A program made the translations under genes and the position numbers. This document shows, in pieces, positions 12,819 through 25,719 of a DNA stretch of 64,000 nt. Each line of letters begins with the position of its first letter. Within the stretch, counting starts at the first letter, position 1. Source of the DNA: Octopus sinensis (taxonomy: Eukaryota); the NCBI RefSeq assembly GCF_006345805.1, contig NC_043010.1, positions 930,001 through 994,000 on the forward strand. The letters are read 5' to 3'. The notes below the pieces were generated by a model, which was not told the DNA's origin, ran no database searches, and saw only the letters and a program-made list of their open reading frames with translations.

Positions 12819-13035
12819 AGGTGGTGAGTTAGTAGAGTTGTTAGCATGCCTGGTGAAATGTTTAGCAGTTCTTTGTCTGTCTTCATGTTCTGAGTTCAAA
12901 TTCCGCTGAGCTCGACTTTGCCTTTCATTCTTTTGGAGTCAATAAAATAAGTACCAGCTGAGTACTGGGATCGATGTAATTGACTCTCCCCCCCCTCTCC
13001 AAAATTTCAGACCTTGTGCCAATAGTAGATAGGAT
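12819..13035 (+). mobile_element. Nin-domain SINE, family B variant
   Basis: GGTGGTGAGTTAG...GTTAGCATGCC...TTCTGAGTTCAAATTCCGC...GACTTTGCCTTTCAT...AAATTTCAGACCTTGTGCC. Confidence 0.8.
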
Positions 13036-13289
13036 TATCATCATTAATATCATTACTATTCGATGTAATAGACTATCTCCCCCCCCCCACCACTACCGAA
13101 ATTTCAGGCCTTGTGCTAGAGTAGCATTAAAAAGACAATGAAATAGTTTACATCCAACAAGCCAATAAAACACTACATTCATTAGCATAAAATCAAGCCA
13201 GCCACCAGCCACATCGAACAATATTGTGAAGGATATCAGGATTGATTGATCCCTTGTTTTGTATAATAAGCACAATTTCAGTAATGTTA

Positions 13290-13610
13290 CATCATCATCA
13301 TCATCATCGTTTAATGTCGGTTTTCCATGTTAGCATGAGTTGGATGGTTCGACCGGGGTCTGGGAAGCCATGAGGCTGCACCAGGCTCCAGTCTGATCTG
13401 GCAGTGTTTCTACAGCTGGATACCCTTCCTAACTCCCTGAGTGTAGTGGTTGTTTTTTACATGCCACCGGCACAGGGGCCAGAGGAGGCTGGAAAATGGC
13501 TATGATCGGTTGGTGCTTTAACGTGTTACTGACACAGATGCCAGTCAGGTGGCGCTGGCATCTGCTATGTTCGGACGGTGCTTTTTACGTGTCACCGGCA
13601 CAGGTATCTT
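13290..13610 (-). mobile_element. Retroposon 3' fragment, family C
   Basis: (CAT)n CGTTTAATGTC...CCATGTTAGCATG...CTACAGCTGGATACCCTTCCTAA, then repeats of about 60 bp of GTGCTTTTACGTGCCACCGGCAC. Confidence 0.8.
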
Positions 13611-13789
13611 AACTACAATTCTCATTTGATTTTTATTTTGATGTTGGTGTTAACCTACTTGACTCAATAGGTTACAGATTACCAAAATAATACCTCAATG
13701 GTGGTTTGCAGGAGAATATTTATTTTATAAGAAGAGACTACAAAAACCCTAACAGGCATTATTATATTAAAAAAACTCAAGGCGTTATC

Positions 13790-14774
13790 GTATAAGTTTA
13801 TTTTAATTTAAATGTACAGACCAGTATAAGCAAAAGTCTTTTGGAACTGATAAGCCCTCACACGTGCCTACAGTTAAATCTTCAACCAAGACTAATATAG
13901 TCAACTATGCCACTATTGAGAATTCCATTATATCTTCAAAGAAACTTAACAGCATAAACTTTACAACTTCAATTTCTGAACCAAATAGGAATTGCAATTC
14001 TATATCAACTTCAGGATATCACAGGCAATGTGTGATCTGCAAAAAATTATATTGGTTTGTTGATGAATCTGTTCAAGAGGAGATCCAATCAACATTGATA
14101 GACTTTTAACAGTCTAGTCTCTAAACCAGACACAAATTTTCAACATATATGAACATATTTAGAATTTGATATTCTTTTATTCATTTTTTATTCTTTTACT
14201 TGTTTCAGTCATTTGACTGCAGCCATGCTGGAGCACCGCCTTTATTCGAACAAATCGACCCCAGGACTTATTCTTTGTAAGCTTAGTACTTAATCTATCG
14301 GTCTCTTTTGCTGAATCACTAAGTTACAGGGATGTAAATACATGAGCTTCCGTTGACAAGTGATGGTGGGGTGACTAACACAGACACACAAACATACATA
14401 TACATAAATATATATATATATATGACAGGCTTTTTTCAGTTTCTGTCAACCAAATCCACTCACAAGGCTTTGGTCGGCCCGAGGCTATAGTAGAAGACGT
14501 CCAAGGTGCAACACAGTGGGACTGAACCCAAAACCATGTGGTTGGTAAGCAAGCTACTTACCACACAGCCACTTCTACATCTAGAAATTTATACAATGAT
14601 AAGAAATCTGAGTTATCAAAAGTTTTCTGTAAAAGGAAGGATGTTTGTCAGCTATGCTTATCTGAAAAATACTTTATTCTGCTAAAACAACCTGAATCAA
14701 AATGTGGAATAAATTATATTCTATCTGTGCAGAGTAATTGTTTATTCAAAACATTTGTAACCAAATATATATAG
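13790..14774 (+). pseudogene. Decayed Penelope-like element ORF (RT thumb/linker plus GIY-YIG endonuclease; Naiad-type motifs), split by a SINE at 14190-14580
   Basis: Frameshifted translation gives FNLNVQTSISKSLLELI, (K)IFNKTNIVNYATIENSIIS, NRNCN..RQC, YIGLLMNLFKRRSNQH**TFN and, after the SINE, CQLCLSEKYFIL, all in the order expected for the PLE C-terminus. Confidence 0.75.
14190..14580 (-). mobile_element. tRNA-derived SINE, family A (nested in PLE fossil)
   Basis: Near full-length reverse copy. Confidence 0.9.
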
Positions 14775-15314
14775 TACACTTGTTTTTCTAAGAAAATATT
14801 AGCTATTTCCCTTACTTTCTGCAATGGTCATGGAGCATAAAGATATCTTTTTTTTAATTGGAAAATTTATACATCTATAGGAGTTAATGAACATAGCAGA
14901 GTCATTTTGGATATGATCATATTTTACTTCAATTTTTAAATATTTTTAATGACATGCAAAAAATCATATGATACATAATTACTGCAATCAGCTAAACAGA
15001 TTGCTGAGCTGTTTTCAAATACTACTACTACTACTACTACTGTAATTATTATTATTTTGTGTGATTGAAACTGTCATGCTTCTTCATAAATTTTACTATT
15101 GCCTGATGTACTGAAATATGAAGCTTCAAGTAATAATTAAAAAGATTCAATTTTTAATATATATTTCCAAGCATAAATAATGTATTTATCTCTCCTACTA
15201 TTATTTGTATTTATAACTTCCATTTTATCTTGTCTTTCTCTAACACATACACATCTATATAATTATAGGAGTATGAGATACACACACACACACACTCATA
15301 TATATATATATTCT

Positions 15315-15607
15315 TCTTCTTCTTAATCCTTTTTGCATAGGGCTGGTTTCCCGGTTTCCTTGGCGTATAGGTTCCCCACCTGGATGGGACACTGGTCCAT
15401 TGCAGGTGAGCTGCAAGAAGCAGGAGGAAAGAGTGAGAGAAAGTTGTGGCGAATGAGTCAGCAGAAGTTTGCCATTACCTTCTGCTGGAGCCGCATGGAG
15501 CTTAGGTGTTTTGCTCATTAACACACACATCGCCTAGTGTGAGATTCGAACCTGTCATCCCTCGACAGTGAGTCTGCTGCTCTAACCACGAGGCCATGTG
15601 CCTCCAC
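15315..15607 (-). mobile_element. tRNA-derived SINE, family E
   Basis: Minus-strand head GTGGAGGCACATGGCCTCGTGGTTAGAGCAGC...GGTTCGAATCTC; homologous to 40829-41100; head repeated at 15780-15855. Confidence 0.85.
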
Positions 15608-15638
<31 letters not shown>

Positions 15639-15659
15639 TATATGTATATATATATATGT

Positions 15660-15691
<32 letters not shown>

Positions 15692-15850
15692 ATATATATT
15701 ATATATATATTATATATATATATATATATATACACACACATATATGTGGAGACCCATCTATTTACACATCCATTGATAGCCTGGTCTGAGATTTGAACAC
15801 GTGATCCCTCGACTGTGAGCCCGCTGCTCCAACCACTAGGCCATGTGCCT

Positions 15851-15921
<71 letters not shown>

Positions 15922-15922
15922 G

Positions 15923-15984
<62 letters not shown>

Positions 15985-16197
15985 TGTATGTATGTATATA
16001 TATATATATAATATATATATACACACACACATATATATGTGGACACCCATCTATTAACACATCCATTGATAGATCTAACTGAATGTCTAACTTTCAGACT
16101 ATACAACTATTGCTTGTGTGTGTGTGTGTAATTCCGTCATATATCATAGTCCTCCCCCACTCTCACTTTACCTGTACGTGTGTGTTTGTCTGTATAT

Positions 16198-16327
<130 letters not shown>

Positions 16328-16861
16328 GTATGCATACACACACAACTATACCTCTCCATCCACATATAACAACCTCTACAGCCACTTCCACCCATACCCC
16401 ACCCACCCCATCTCACCCCACCCCCCACTTGTCTTAACCACTCTCATATGCTTCATTCCAACTTCTCTGCTTCGTTTCACCCCCTCCTCTTTCTCCTCTT
16501 CCTCCTCCAGCCACTCCCTGTCAATAACAATTCCAATAAGAACCTTTCTTCCTGACACAACTACAGCAGCACCACCACCACCATTAACAGCAACAGCAGC
16601 TGCAGCAGTGATAGCAGCAGTAGTGATACTTGCAGCAACAGCAGCAATCTTTCCGGAATGTTTGTCTTGGCATTTCTATTCGTCAGGCAATGGGCCCTTC
16701 TCTCACTGCTTCTCTACGTTGCAGTAACTTAACAGCAGCTTTTGTGAGTTTACACCAAGGCAGACATCCAGATGTGTCTTTTACACACACAACGAACATA
16801 TAAGTCAATACTTGAAGGGACACAGACACACACACATGCATACATACATGCGTGTGTATAT

Positions 16862-16923
<62 letters not shown>

Positions 16924-17150
16924 CATGCATATATATGTACATGCATGCCTATATGCACATATATATTTATACACACACATATATACCCACCCTAATATGT
17001 ACATACATATGCATATATATATATATTATATATATATATATACACATGTGTGCACATATACATGTATGCAGGTACATATATATATATATATATATATGTA
17101 TATACATATACATGTATTCAGGTATATGTATATATATGTAGTCAGGTATA

Positions 17151-17204
<54 letters not shown>

Positions 17205-17996
17205 TATACATGTATATACATTCACATATATATGTATATATATATATACATATATATACATGCACATGTCTATATATATATATATATATATATACATACA
17301 TACACACGTGTGCACACACAAAAGACACATGTATGTACGTATTTATACACGCCTGTGTGTATATAGCCAATTTCCTTTGCAACTTAAAACTGCCAGAGTC
17401 ATGTTCAATTGTCTTTTCTATTGACAATGAACGACGCCTTAACATGATTCCAAACCATTTCTTACTTCGACTTTTGTCTATTTCTTTGCAATTTTCTCCC
17501 CACCCCCCAACCACTCCTGCTACCACATTGCCTACATAACACACCACCATTTTATGTCTTTTTTTCTATGTAGCAATCAATCAACCAATCATTCTCTATC
17601 TCTCTCTCTCTCTCTTCTTGTATCTATCTATCTATCTTTCTATCTATCAATCTATCTATCTTTTATTCTCTCTGTCTCTCTGTCTCTCTCTCTCTCTCAG
17701 TCTCACTGTGTTAATCTATCAGTCTACCTCCCTATTCATTTCTGTACTTACCTGTCTATCTACCTCGTTAGCTCTACATTTATACACACACAAGAATTTA
17801 TATCTCTCTTTCCTGTCTTTTACACATTGATTTTTCTGTCTATCTCTATATCTATCCACTTACTTTACGCGCACACGCACACACACGCACATACACACAC
17901 ACACACACTCACATTCACAAACACATGTGTATGTATATCTTCACCTATTGACCTGTTGGTAGGTTTCAGTGTAAATTATATATGTGTTTGTATATA

Positions 17997-18362
17997 CAGG
18001 CATAGCTGAGTGGTTAAAAACCTCAATTTGAAGCCACATGGTTTCAGGTTCAGTCCCACTGCATGGTGTCTTGGGTTAGTGTCTTCTAATATAGACCCAG
18101 ACCAACCAATGACGTGTGAGTGAATTCAGTAAGCTAAACTGTGTGGAAGCCTGTAATTTCTATATATTTGCGTGTGTGTGTTTATGTTCCCACCTCAGCT
18201 GCATGACAGCTGGTGTTGGTTTATTTACATTCCATAGATTAGTGGTTTACCTAAAGAGACCAAACTTAAAAAAGTAACAAACTTAAAAAATAAGTACTGG
18301 GGCGACTTGTTCAACGAAACCCATGAAGGCAGCAGTTCAAAGACTGAAACAGAAGACAAAAG
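17997..18362 (+). mobile_element. SINE family A, diverged
   Basis: CAGGCATAGCTGAGTGGTTAA...GGTTCAGTCCCACTGC...AAATAAGTACTGGGG. Confidence 0.8.
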
Positions 18363-18374
18363 GGACATATATAC

Positions 18375-18870
18375 ATCATCATCATCATCATCATTTAACA
18401 TCTGCTTTCCGTGCTGGCATGGGTTGGATGGTTTGACTGGCAGAAATGTTAGCATGCCAGGCGAAATGCGTAGCCGTATTTCGTCTGCCGTTACGTTCTG
18501 AGTTCCGAGGTCGACTTTGCTTTTCATCCTTTCGGGGTCGATAAATTAAGTACCAGTTATGCACTGAGGTTGATGTAATCGACTTGATACCTTTGTCTGT
18601 CCTTGTTTGTCCCCTCTATGCTTAGCCCCTTGTGGGTAATAAAGAAATATGTTTGACTGAGGACTGGCAAGCCAGAAGACTGCCCAGGCTCCAATCTGAT
18701 CTGGCAAGGTTTCTTACAGCTGGATGCCCTTCCTAATGCCAACCACTCTGAGAGTGTAGTAGGTGCTTTGTTTATACATTCCACCAGCATAGAGGCCAGT
18801 CAAGCAGCACTGGCTTCAACCACGTTTGAACGGTGCTTTTAACATGCCACCAGCACGGGAACCAGTCAGG
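18375..18870 (-). mobile_element. Family C retroposon interrupted by a family B SINE (about 18438-18650, + strand)
   Basis: GTTTGACTG flanks both sides of the nested B copy (18431 and 18651), consistent with a TSD. Confidence 0.8.
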
Positions 18871-18961
18871 CGGGGGAGCTTGAAGATATTATTATTATCA
18901 AATAATAATAATATAGGTGGCAAGTTAGCAAAAGCAAAAACCAAAAGGCAAATGTACAAAC

Positions 18962-19068
18962 AAGGATACTAGATAGCATCAGTTTTGCTAGAAATAGGAG
19001 TCAAAAGTGTCTCATTTAGTTACTTTTGACTTCTATTTCTAGTGAAACTGGTGCTATCTAGTAGCCTT
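18962..19068 (+). other. Long imperfect inverted repeat (47-bp arms, 13-nt loop)
   Basis: AAGGATACTAGATAGCATCAGTTTTGCTAGAAATAGGAGTCAAAAGT vs ACTTTTGACTTCTATTTCTAGTGAAACTGGTGCTATCTAGTAGCCTT; 5 differences. Confidence 0.9.
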
Positions 19069-19082
19069 ATATATATATATAT

Positions 19083-19447
19083 AGGTGCAGGAGTGGCTGT
19101 GTGGTAAGTAGTTTGCTTACCAACTGCATGCTTCCAGGTTCAGTCCCATTGCATGGCACCTTGGGCAAGTGTCTTCTACTATAGCTTCAGGCCGACCAAA
19201 GCCTTGTGAGCGGATTTGGTAGACGGAAACTGTATGTGTGTGTATATGTTTGTGTGTCTGTATTTGTCCCCAACATCACTTGTCAACCGATGGTGGCATG
19301 TTTACATCCCCGTAACTTAGCGGTTCGGCAAAAGAGACCGATAGAATAAGTACTAGGCTTTCAAAGAATAAGTCCTGGGATCGATTTGCTCAACTAAAGG
19401 CGGTGCGCCAGCATGGCCACAGTCAAATGACTGAAACAAGTAAAGAT
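19083..19447 (+). mobile_element. tRNA-derived SINE, family A, full length
   Basis: AGGTGCAGGAGTGGCTGTGTGGTAAG ... CAAATGACTGAAACAAGTAAAG. Confidence 0.92.
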
Positions 19448-19462
19448 TATATATATATATAA

Positions 19463-19671
19463 TCTGACAGCGTGTGTACCGTTGGCGATTTTTTTCCTCC
19501 ATCTTCCCTTCTTTGGATCTTTCCTTTTCCTATGTTTCTGACGAAGAGCTCCACTCAAAACGTTAAACCCTCCTTCTTTCCTTCCTTCCTGAGCGTCCAA
19601 TAATACTATATTTGTTCCACATCCTCGTGTTGTTGTGTTTTCTCTGTGTTTTCCTGTTTGGATTAACTTCA
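19463..19671 (+). mobile_element. Short non-autonomous PLE-like element with HHR motif (19534-19568), in (TA)n
   Basis: GTTT-CTGACGA-A-GAG(ctcca)CTC-AAAAC-GTT-AAAC (G12 apparently lost by CpG decay); downstream TTCCTGAGCG..TAATAC shared with the 56920-57145 element. Confidence 0.7.
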
Positions 19672-19956
19672 TATATATATATATATTTATGGGTTCTTTA
19701 TGGTCACTCAAATATACAATCTGTATTAACAAACATATTCTAGTTATATTTTTGTATGCATTTAAGTAGCTTTTTTATAAAGGGGTTCATCATATGCTCA
19801 TCTTTATACACATATATACACAATATTATCTAAATTATCTAAATCCACATGTGTCTGGTAATGGTTTCTTTTTTATCATTCAAACAGGATTCTACATGTT
19901 AATGATATTTTCCATATCTATAAATCCTGCCCCAAATGAAATTGCACTTCATTTTT

Positions 19957-20120
19957 GAAGCTCTGACGAAGTTATAAAGTGATACACAAGCTCTCAACTA
20001 GGAATGCATTGCACTATATGCAGAAACAGCAGTAAGCTAATGAAGTTCATTATATAATTTCTAGTTCCCTTGTCATTTATATAATCTCTTATTCTGCTCT
20101 TTATTCAGCTAACACTATTC
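19957..20120 (+). mobile_element. PLE-like repeat with long-stem-II hammerhead motif (19957-20038)
   Basis: AGCT-CTGACGA-A...GAAACAGCAGTA-AGCT; downstream sequence aligns with 31450-31535(-) and 57327-57357. Confidence 0.6.
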
Positions 20121-20164
20121 TACCCACCCTCTCTCTCACATACACACACACACAATGCAACAAT

Positions 20165-21050
20165 CCAGATATGTAAACGCAACATCAATATGGAATTTAG
20201 GATTTCCAAATGCTCTGTGCTCAGTATGAAAAGAAGGAAGAAAGCAGTCTGTAGTGGATTAAGGTTGCTATCAGGAGAAACCATGGGGACACCAGAAGAT
20301 AGCGGATACAAGTATTTGGGGATTTTAGAACTGGATGATATTGTACACGCAGAAATGAAAGTAGAGGTGAGAGAGACGTGTTTAAAAAGTATGCAAATTA
20401 TTTTAAAATCCAGCGTGAATGGGCGAAATCTAGTCATTGCAATGAATATCTGGGCTGGGTTAAATATAGTGCATCCATTCTCAAGTGGACTGAAGAAGAA
20501 ATATCAAAGGTGGACAGAAAGATGAGTAAGTTAATGACATTGTATGGAGCTTTACACCTGAAAGCAAATATAAATAGTTTGTACAGAAAGAGAAAGAATG
20601 GTGGTAGAGGTGTCATCAGGGTGGACTGTTGAATAAAGAGTGAGAAGAGGATACTTGCAGGGTATTTGGTGAACAGAGAATGCAAAAGGGTAATCATCAT
20701 CATTTAACATCTGTCTTCGATGCGGGCATGGGTTGGATGGCTTGACAGGTGCCAGCCAGGTAGAAGACTATCACAGGCTACTGGGTCCGTTTTGGGCACA
20801 GTGGACTGTAAAAATGGTACCAGTAGTGATCAAAGCATTAGGGTCAATTCCACTGTAACTTCAAGAGTTCTTTCTTAAAGTAGTAGAAAATACCATGCAA
20901 GATTGGTGGTATACAAAACTTAGTCCTGCTAGGTACTGTGCACATTTTAAGGAAAGTATTATCTGCTTGAGGGCCTTGTTGTGACTTGACAGGTGACTAA
21001 ATACTCTGGTGCTTTTTCCATCTACACTGCAGTAGAATTTGCACTTTTTA
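20165..21050 (+). pseudogene. R4/Dong-clade non-LTR retrotransposon fragments (RT C-terminus and final RLE segment), internally deleted and frameshifted
   Basis: MEFRISKC..YKYLGILE..NGRNLVIAMNIWA; VKYSASILKW..VDRK..LYRKRKNGGRG; at 20802-20970 VPVVIKALGSIP and IQNLVLLGTVHILRKVLSA*; family C fragment at about 20695-20795. Confidence 0.85.
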
Positions 21051-21203
21051 ATACATAAAGATGGGTAAAATATTGCTAAGCATTTGGTCCAGCCTGCTAA
21101 TGATTCTGCCAGCAGGTAATGTCATTGACTGGCCTCTTCTCCAAAATTTCTGGCTTTGTGCTGATAGTAAAAAGGATTATCATTATTATTATCAAGTAAA
21201 GCA

Positions 21204-21400
21204 GTGAGCTGGCAAAATTGTTAGCATGCTAAGCAAAATGCTTAGTGGCATTTTGTCTGTCTTCACATTCTGAGTTCAAATTCCACTGAGGTCAACTTTG
21301 CATTTCATCTGTTCAGGGTCGATTTAAAAAAGTACCAGTCAAGTACTGGGGTCCATATAATCGACTTTCCACCTTCCCCAAAATTTCAGGCCTTATACCT
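21204..21400 (+). mobile_element. Nin-domain SINE, family B variant
   Basis: GTGAGCTGGCAAAATTGTTAGCATGC...AAATTTCAGGCCTT. Confidence 0.85.
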
Positions 21401-21402
21401 AT

Positions 21403-21627
21403 TTCTTTACTACTCACAAGGGGCTAAACACAGAGAGAACAAACAAGGACAGACAAACAGATTAAGTCAATTATATCGACCCAGTGTGTAACTGGTACTT
21501 ATTTAATTGACCCCGAAAGGATGAAAGGCAAAGTCGACCTCAGTGGAATTTGAACTCAGAACATAGCAGCAGACGAAATACCGCTAAGCATTTCGCCCAG
21601 CATGCTAACGTTTCTGCCAGCTTGCCA
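21403..21627 (-). mobile_element. Nin-domain SINE, family B
   Basis: Reverse copy TTCTTTACTACTCACAAGGGGCTAAAC...GGATGAAAGGCAAAGTCGACC...CTGCCAGCTTGCC. Confidence 0.88.
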
Positions 21628-23439
21628 CCATGTACCTTTAGTAGAAAGGATTATTATTATTATTATCAAGGTACATTGACAAAATTTGTAGAATTCCAGA
21701 CAAAATATCTTGCAGTATTTGGTTTGTTTTCTCTTCTTTATAAGTGTGGCTCTGTGGTCAAGAAGAATGCTTCGCAACCATGTGATCTTGGGTTCAATTT
21801 TACAGCGGGACAGCTTGGACAAGTGTCTACAATATCCTTGGGCTGATCAAAGCCTTCTGTTGATTTGGTAGGTGGAAATTGAAAGAAACGCGTCATATAT
21901 ATGTGTGTGTGTGTGTGTGTGTATGTGTGTGTGTCTGTGTGTCTGTGTGTGTGTGTGTGCGTGTGCGTGTGCGTGTGTGTGTCCTAGTCTTGACATCATG
22001 TAATGTTTGTAATTGAGCATCACTGTTTTAGAAGCAATGTTGTCTGCTTCCAGTCTCCAGTGGAAACATGTCTAGCTGTCGAAAAATATTATCTTAGTTG
22101 GAAACAGATGAGAGTTGGCAACAAGAATGGCATTTGGCCACAGAAAATACACCTCAACAAATTCTGTCTGATCTATGCAAGACAAGAATGGAAAAGAGGA
22201 TATTTGAGGATGATAAAATGATGAAAATGTTCAAATCCAACCAAAGGTGATTTTGTCCTCTCTCCCATTGAGGTCAATGAAATAACTACCAAGTCAGTTA
22301 ATTGTGCAGCTATTTTAAAAATCTTCATTAGTATTGTCATTATTATATCTATTAATTAGGTTTTGATGTTATTTATTTCACTGTTGAACGAACGGAAAGA
22401 AAGTCGTGAGTGAAATTCTTTGAGGAGAATTTTGTGTTAAGTGATAGCGACATAATGAAAAGAGGAGGGGGTAGGAGAAGGGGAAAGAAAGGAAACGATG
22501 AGAAGAAAGGAGAATCCCCCCTGCTTTATTCTTTATAAAAAGTAATGAGAAAAAAGAAGACCAACAGAGCGAGAAGACTTCCTAATTATCTTTGTGCCCT
22601 CTTTATTAATAACAGCTTTGAACAAGATTTTTTTTTTCTGTTTTGGTCCTATTGACATCAAACCACATCCCTTTATCTTCACCTTGAACAACAACAACAA
22701 CAACACCAACAATAACAACAGAACAATAACAACAACGACACCACCACCACCACTGCCGACAATATCAACAACCACAATAACAACAATGGGAATAACAGTA
22801 ATGATAACAAGAATAACAGAAAACAGGGACAAAAAGAACTACGTTAACTGTAATGAAAAACAACAACAACAACAGTAACAGCAATCACAGCCATAAGAGA
22901 AGAACCACAACAACAACAACAACAACAGCGACAATGATATTACTAACAATGACCACAGAAACAAGAACAACCATATCAACTACAACAACCACAGCAATGT
23001 AATCACAGCAACATTAACACTACCACCACCACCACCACAACCTTCACAACTACATCAACAACAACAACATAACAAAACATTAAAAGGACCACCACCTCCT
23101 TCTGCTTCCTCCCCTCCCCCTCACCATTCGTACACCTTTCTAAATCTGCACCAGTTCTTCATTTCCTTTAACTTAACAGAAAAGGTTGGACTCTGTTCTT
23201 TCTTCATTATAATCCCATAAATCCAAACAAACACCCACAGTCTTTCCATTATCTCACTCGGAATTTTAACCAAACTTTTCAAGAAAATTCTCTTTTTTTT
23301 TAATGTATTTTTCTGTATTTAATCATTTAATTATTTTTTTCTTTATATATTTAACAAAATTTTTGCATGTGTGCACGTGTGTGTATGAAAACTTTTTCAA
23401 ATTTTGTTTTCTTCATCTTTATTATTATTATCATTATCA

Positions 23440-23498
<59 letters not shown>

Positions 23499-23791
23499 TA
23501 AATTTTTTTTTTTCAAAATTTTCTTTATTCAAGCTTGATAATGTGTCAATGTTTGCAAAAGTTGATAGAATCTGAAGGTTTTTGTGCAAGCCATCTTAAC
23601 AAGCCATTATATCACTTAGCAATTATAGCTAACCAAAAGCGAATGAAGAAAAAAGAAATTTCATTTTATTTGTTTATTTATTTATTTGAAAGAAACAAAA
23701 AAAAAATGAAAAGAAAACAAAACAAAAATGCAACGAGACATTATGAGTAATGAAATAGTGTGAGGAAGTTTCAATTAAAATTCAGTTCATC

Positions 23792-24460
<669 letters not shown>

Positions 24461-24807
24461 AAGAAAACTAAAAAAAACCACTGAAAGGGAAAAAATGTAG
24501 TGTTTGGGAGAGAATGGATTAAAAGATTTATGGATCTAAGGTGAAGAAGATAATCCTTTAAAAGTTTTCTCTAAAGTTTGCTTTGTATTTTTGTTTGTGT
24601 CTTTTTATTTTTATCGACATGTGTAAATGTGTATAAATCTGCATGGCAAGTTGTTTAATGCATTGCAATTGAATGTATAAAGGTGAGGTGTGGTGCATTT
24701 GTGGAGTTGCCATGAGTTTTGCTTGGGTGCACAAATATGTTTAATAACAAAGATAGAATCCATTCAGTCTTGTTTCGCTATGAATGTATGTTTGGTTTAT
24801 TCAATAG

Positions 24808-25207
24808 TTTGTGGATATGTGGTAAGAAGCTTGCTTCTCAAACACATGATTCCGGGTTCAGTTCCACTGTAGGACACTTTGGGCAAGTGTTTGTCTGCTA
24901 CAATAGCATCAGGCTAACCAAAGCCTTGTAGAGTGGATCTGGTAGATAGAAACTGAAAGGGGGAACTGTGTGTCTGTGTTTGCCCACCACCACCACCACC
25001 ACCACTATTTGACAGCCGGTGTTGGTGTGGTCACATCACTGTAACTTAATAGTTTGCCAAAAGAGACAGGTAGAATAAGTACCAAGCTTGAAAAAGACAA
25101 AAAAAGAGGTTCTGGGTGTTGATGAATTTGATTAAAAAAATTCTTCAAGTCGGTGCCCCAACATGGCCACAGTCTAATGAATGAAACAAGTAAAAGACAA
25201 AAGATAA
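24808..25207 (+). mobile_element. SINE family A
   Basis: TGTGGTAAGAAGCTTGCTTCTCAA...GGGTTCAGTTCC...TGAAACAAGTAAAAGA. Confidence 0.85.
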
Positions 25208-25330
25208 ATATTTACCATATTTTAATGTGTATAAGGAACCCCTAATTTTTGGGGCCAAAAATTTGGAAAAAAGGTTTTGTAAAGGATTATTACTATTATT
25301 ATTCTTATTCTCCTTCTTCTTATTATTATT

Positions 25331-25698
25331 ATTGAGTGAGAGAGCAGTGCATGCCACCAAAGTGACACTGTGGTAAAATATACGAAGCCCAATATACCCA
25401 TCACGACTACCCGTCTGATAAGGGTACACTATGTACGTGCATCACAACCATATGTGCGTGACATGGTGATCTCATATCAAGATAAGCAGCATATGACCTT
25501 GCAAGTGGAGCTCAGTTAGAATTTTCTACCGGTCGAGTAGCCTATCCTGCTCAAAAGGTCCCTGAATAAGGATTGTTTAAGGATATTGAACAAAACACCC
25601 ATGTTTCCAGAGGTGAATTATTCAAACCCCAAAGAATCCCTCTCAACGCATGGCTATGATGCTTCCCGACTACTTCTGCTCATGATCAGAGATGCACT
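25331..25698 (-). mobile_element. Family D interspersed repeat (partial), in TAA repeats
   Basis: Reverse complement of about 35690-36056 (TGAGTGAGAGAGCAG...CTACCCGTCTGATAAGGGTACAC...GATCAGAGATGCAC). Confidence 0.8.
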
Positions 25699-25719
25699 AT
25701 TATTATTATTACTATTATT

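Noticed and set aside
15095-15140. CTGATGT...GAAGCTTCAAGTA downstream of the PLE fossil
   Set aside because: Could be the remains of its pLTR hammerhead, but two core positions and stem II are broken, so it cannot be supported.
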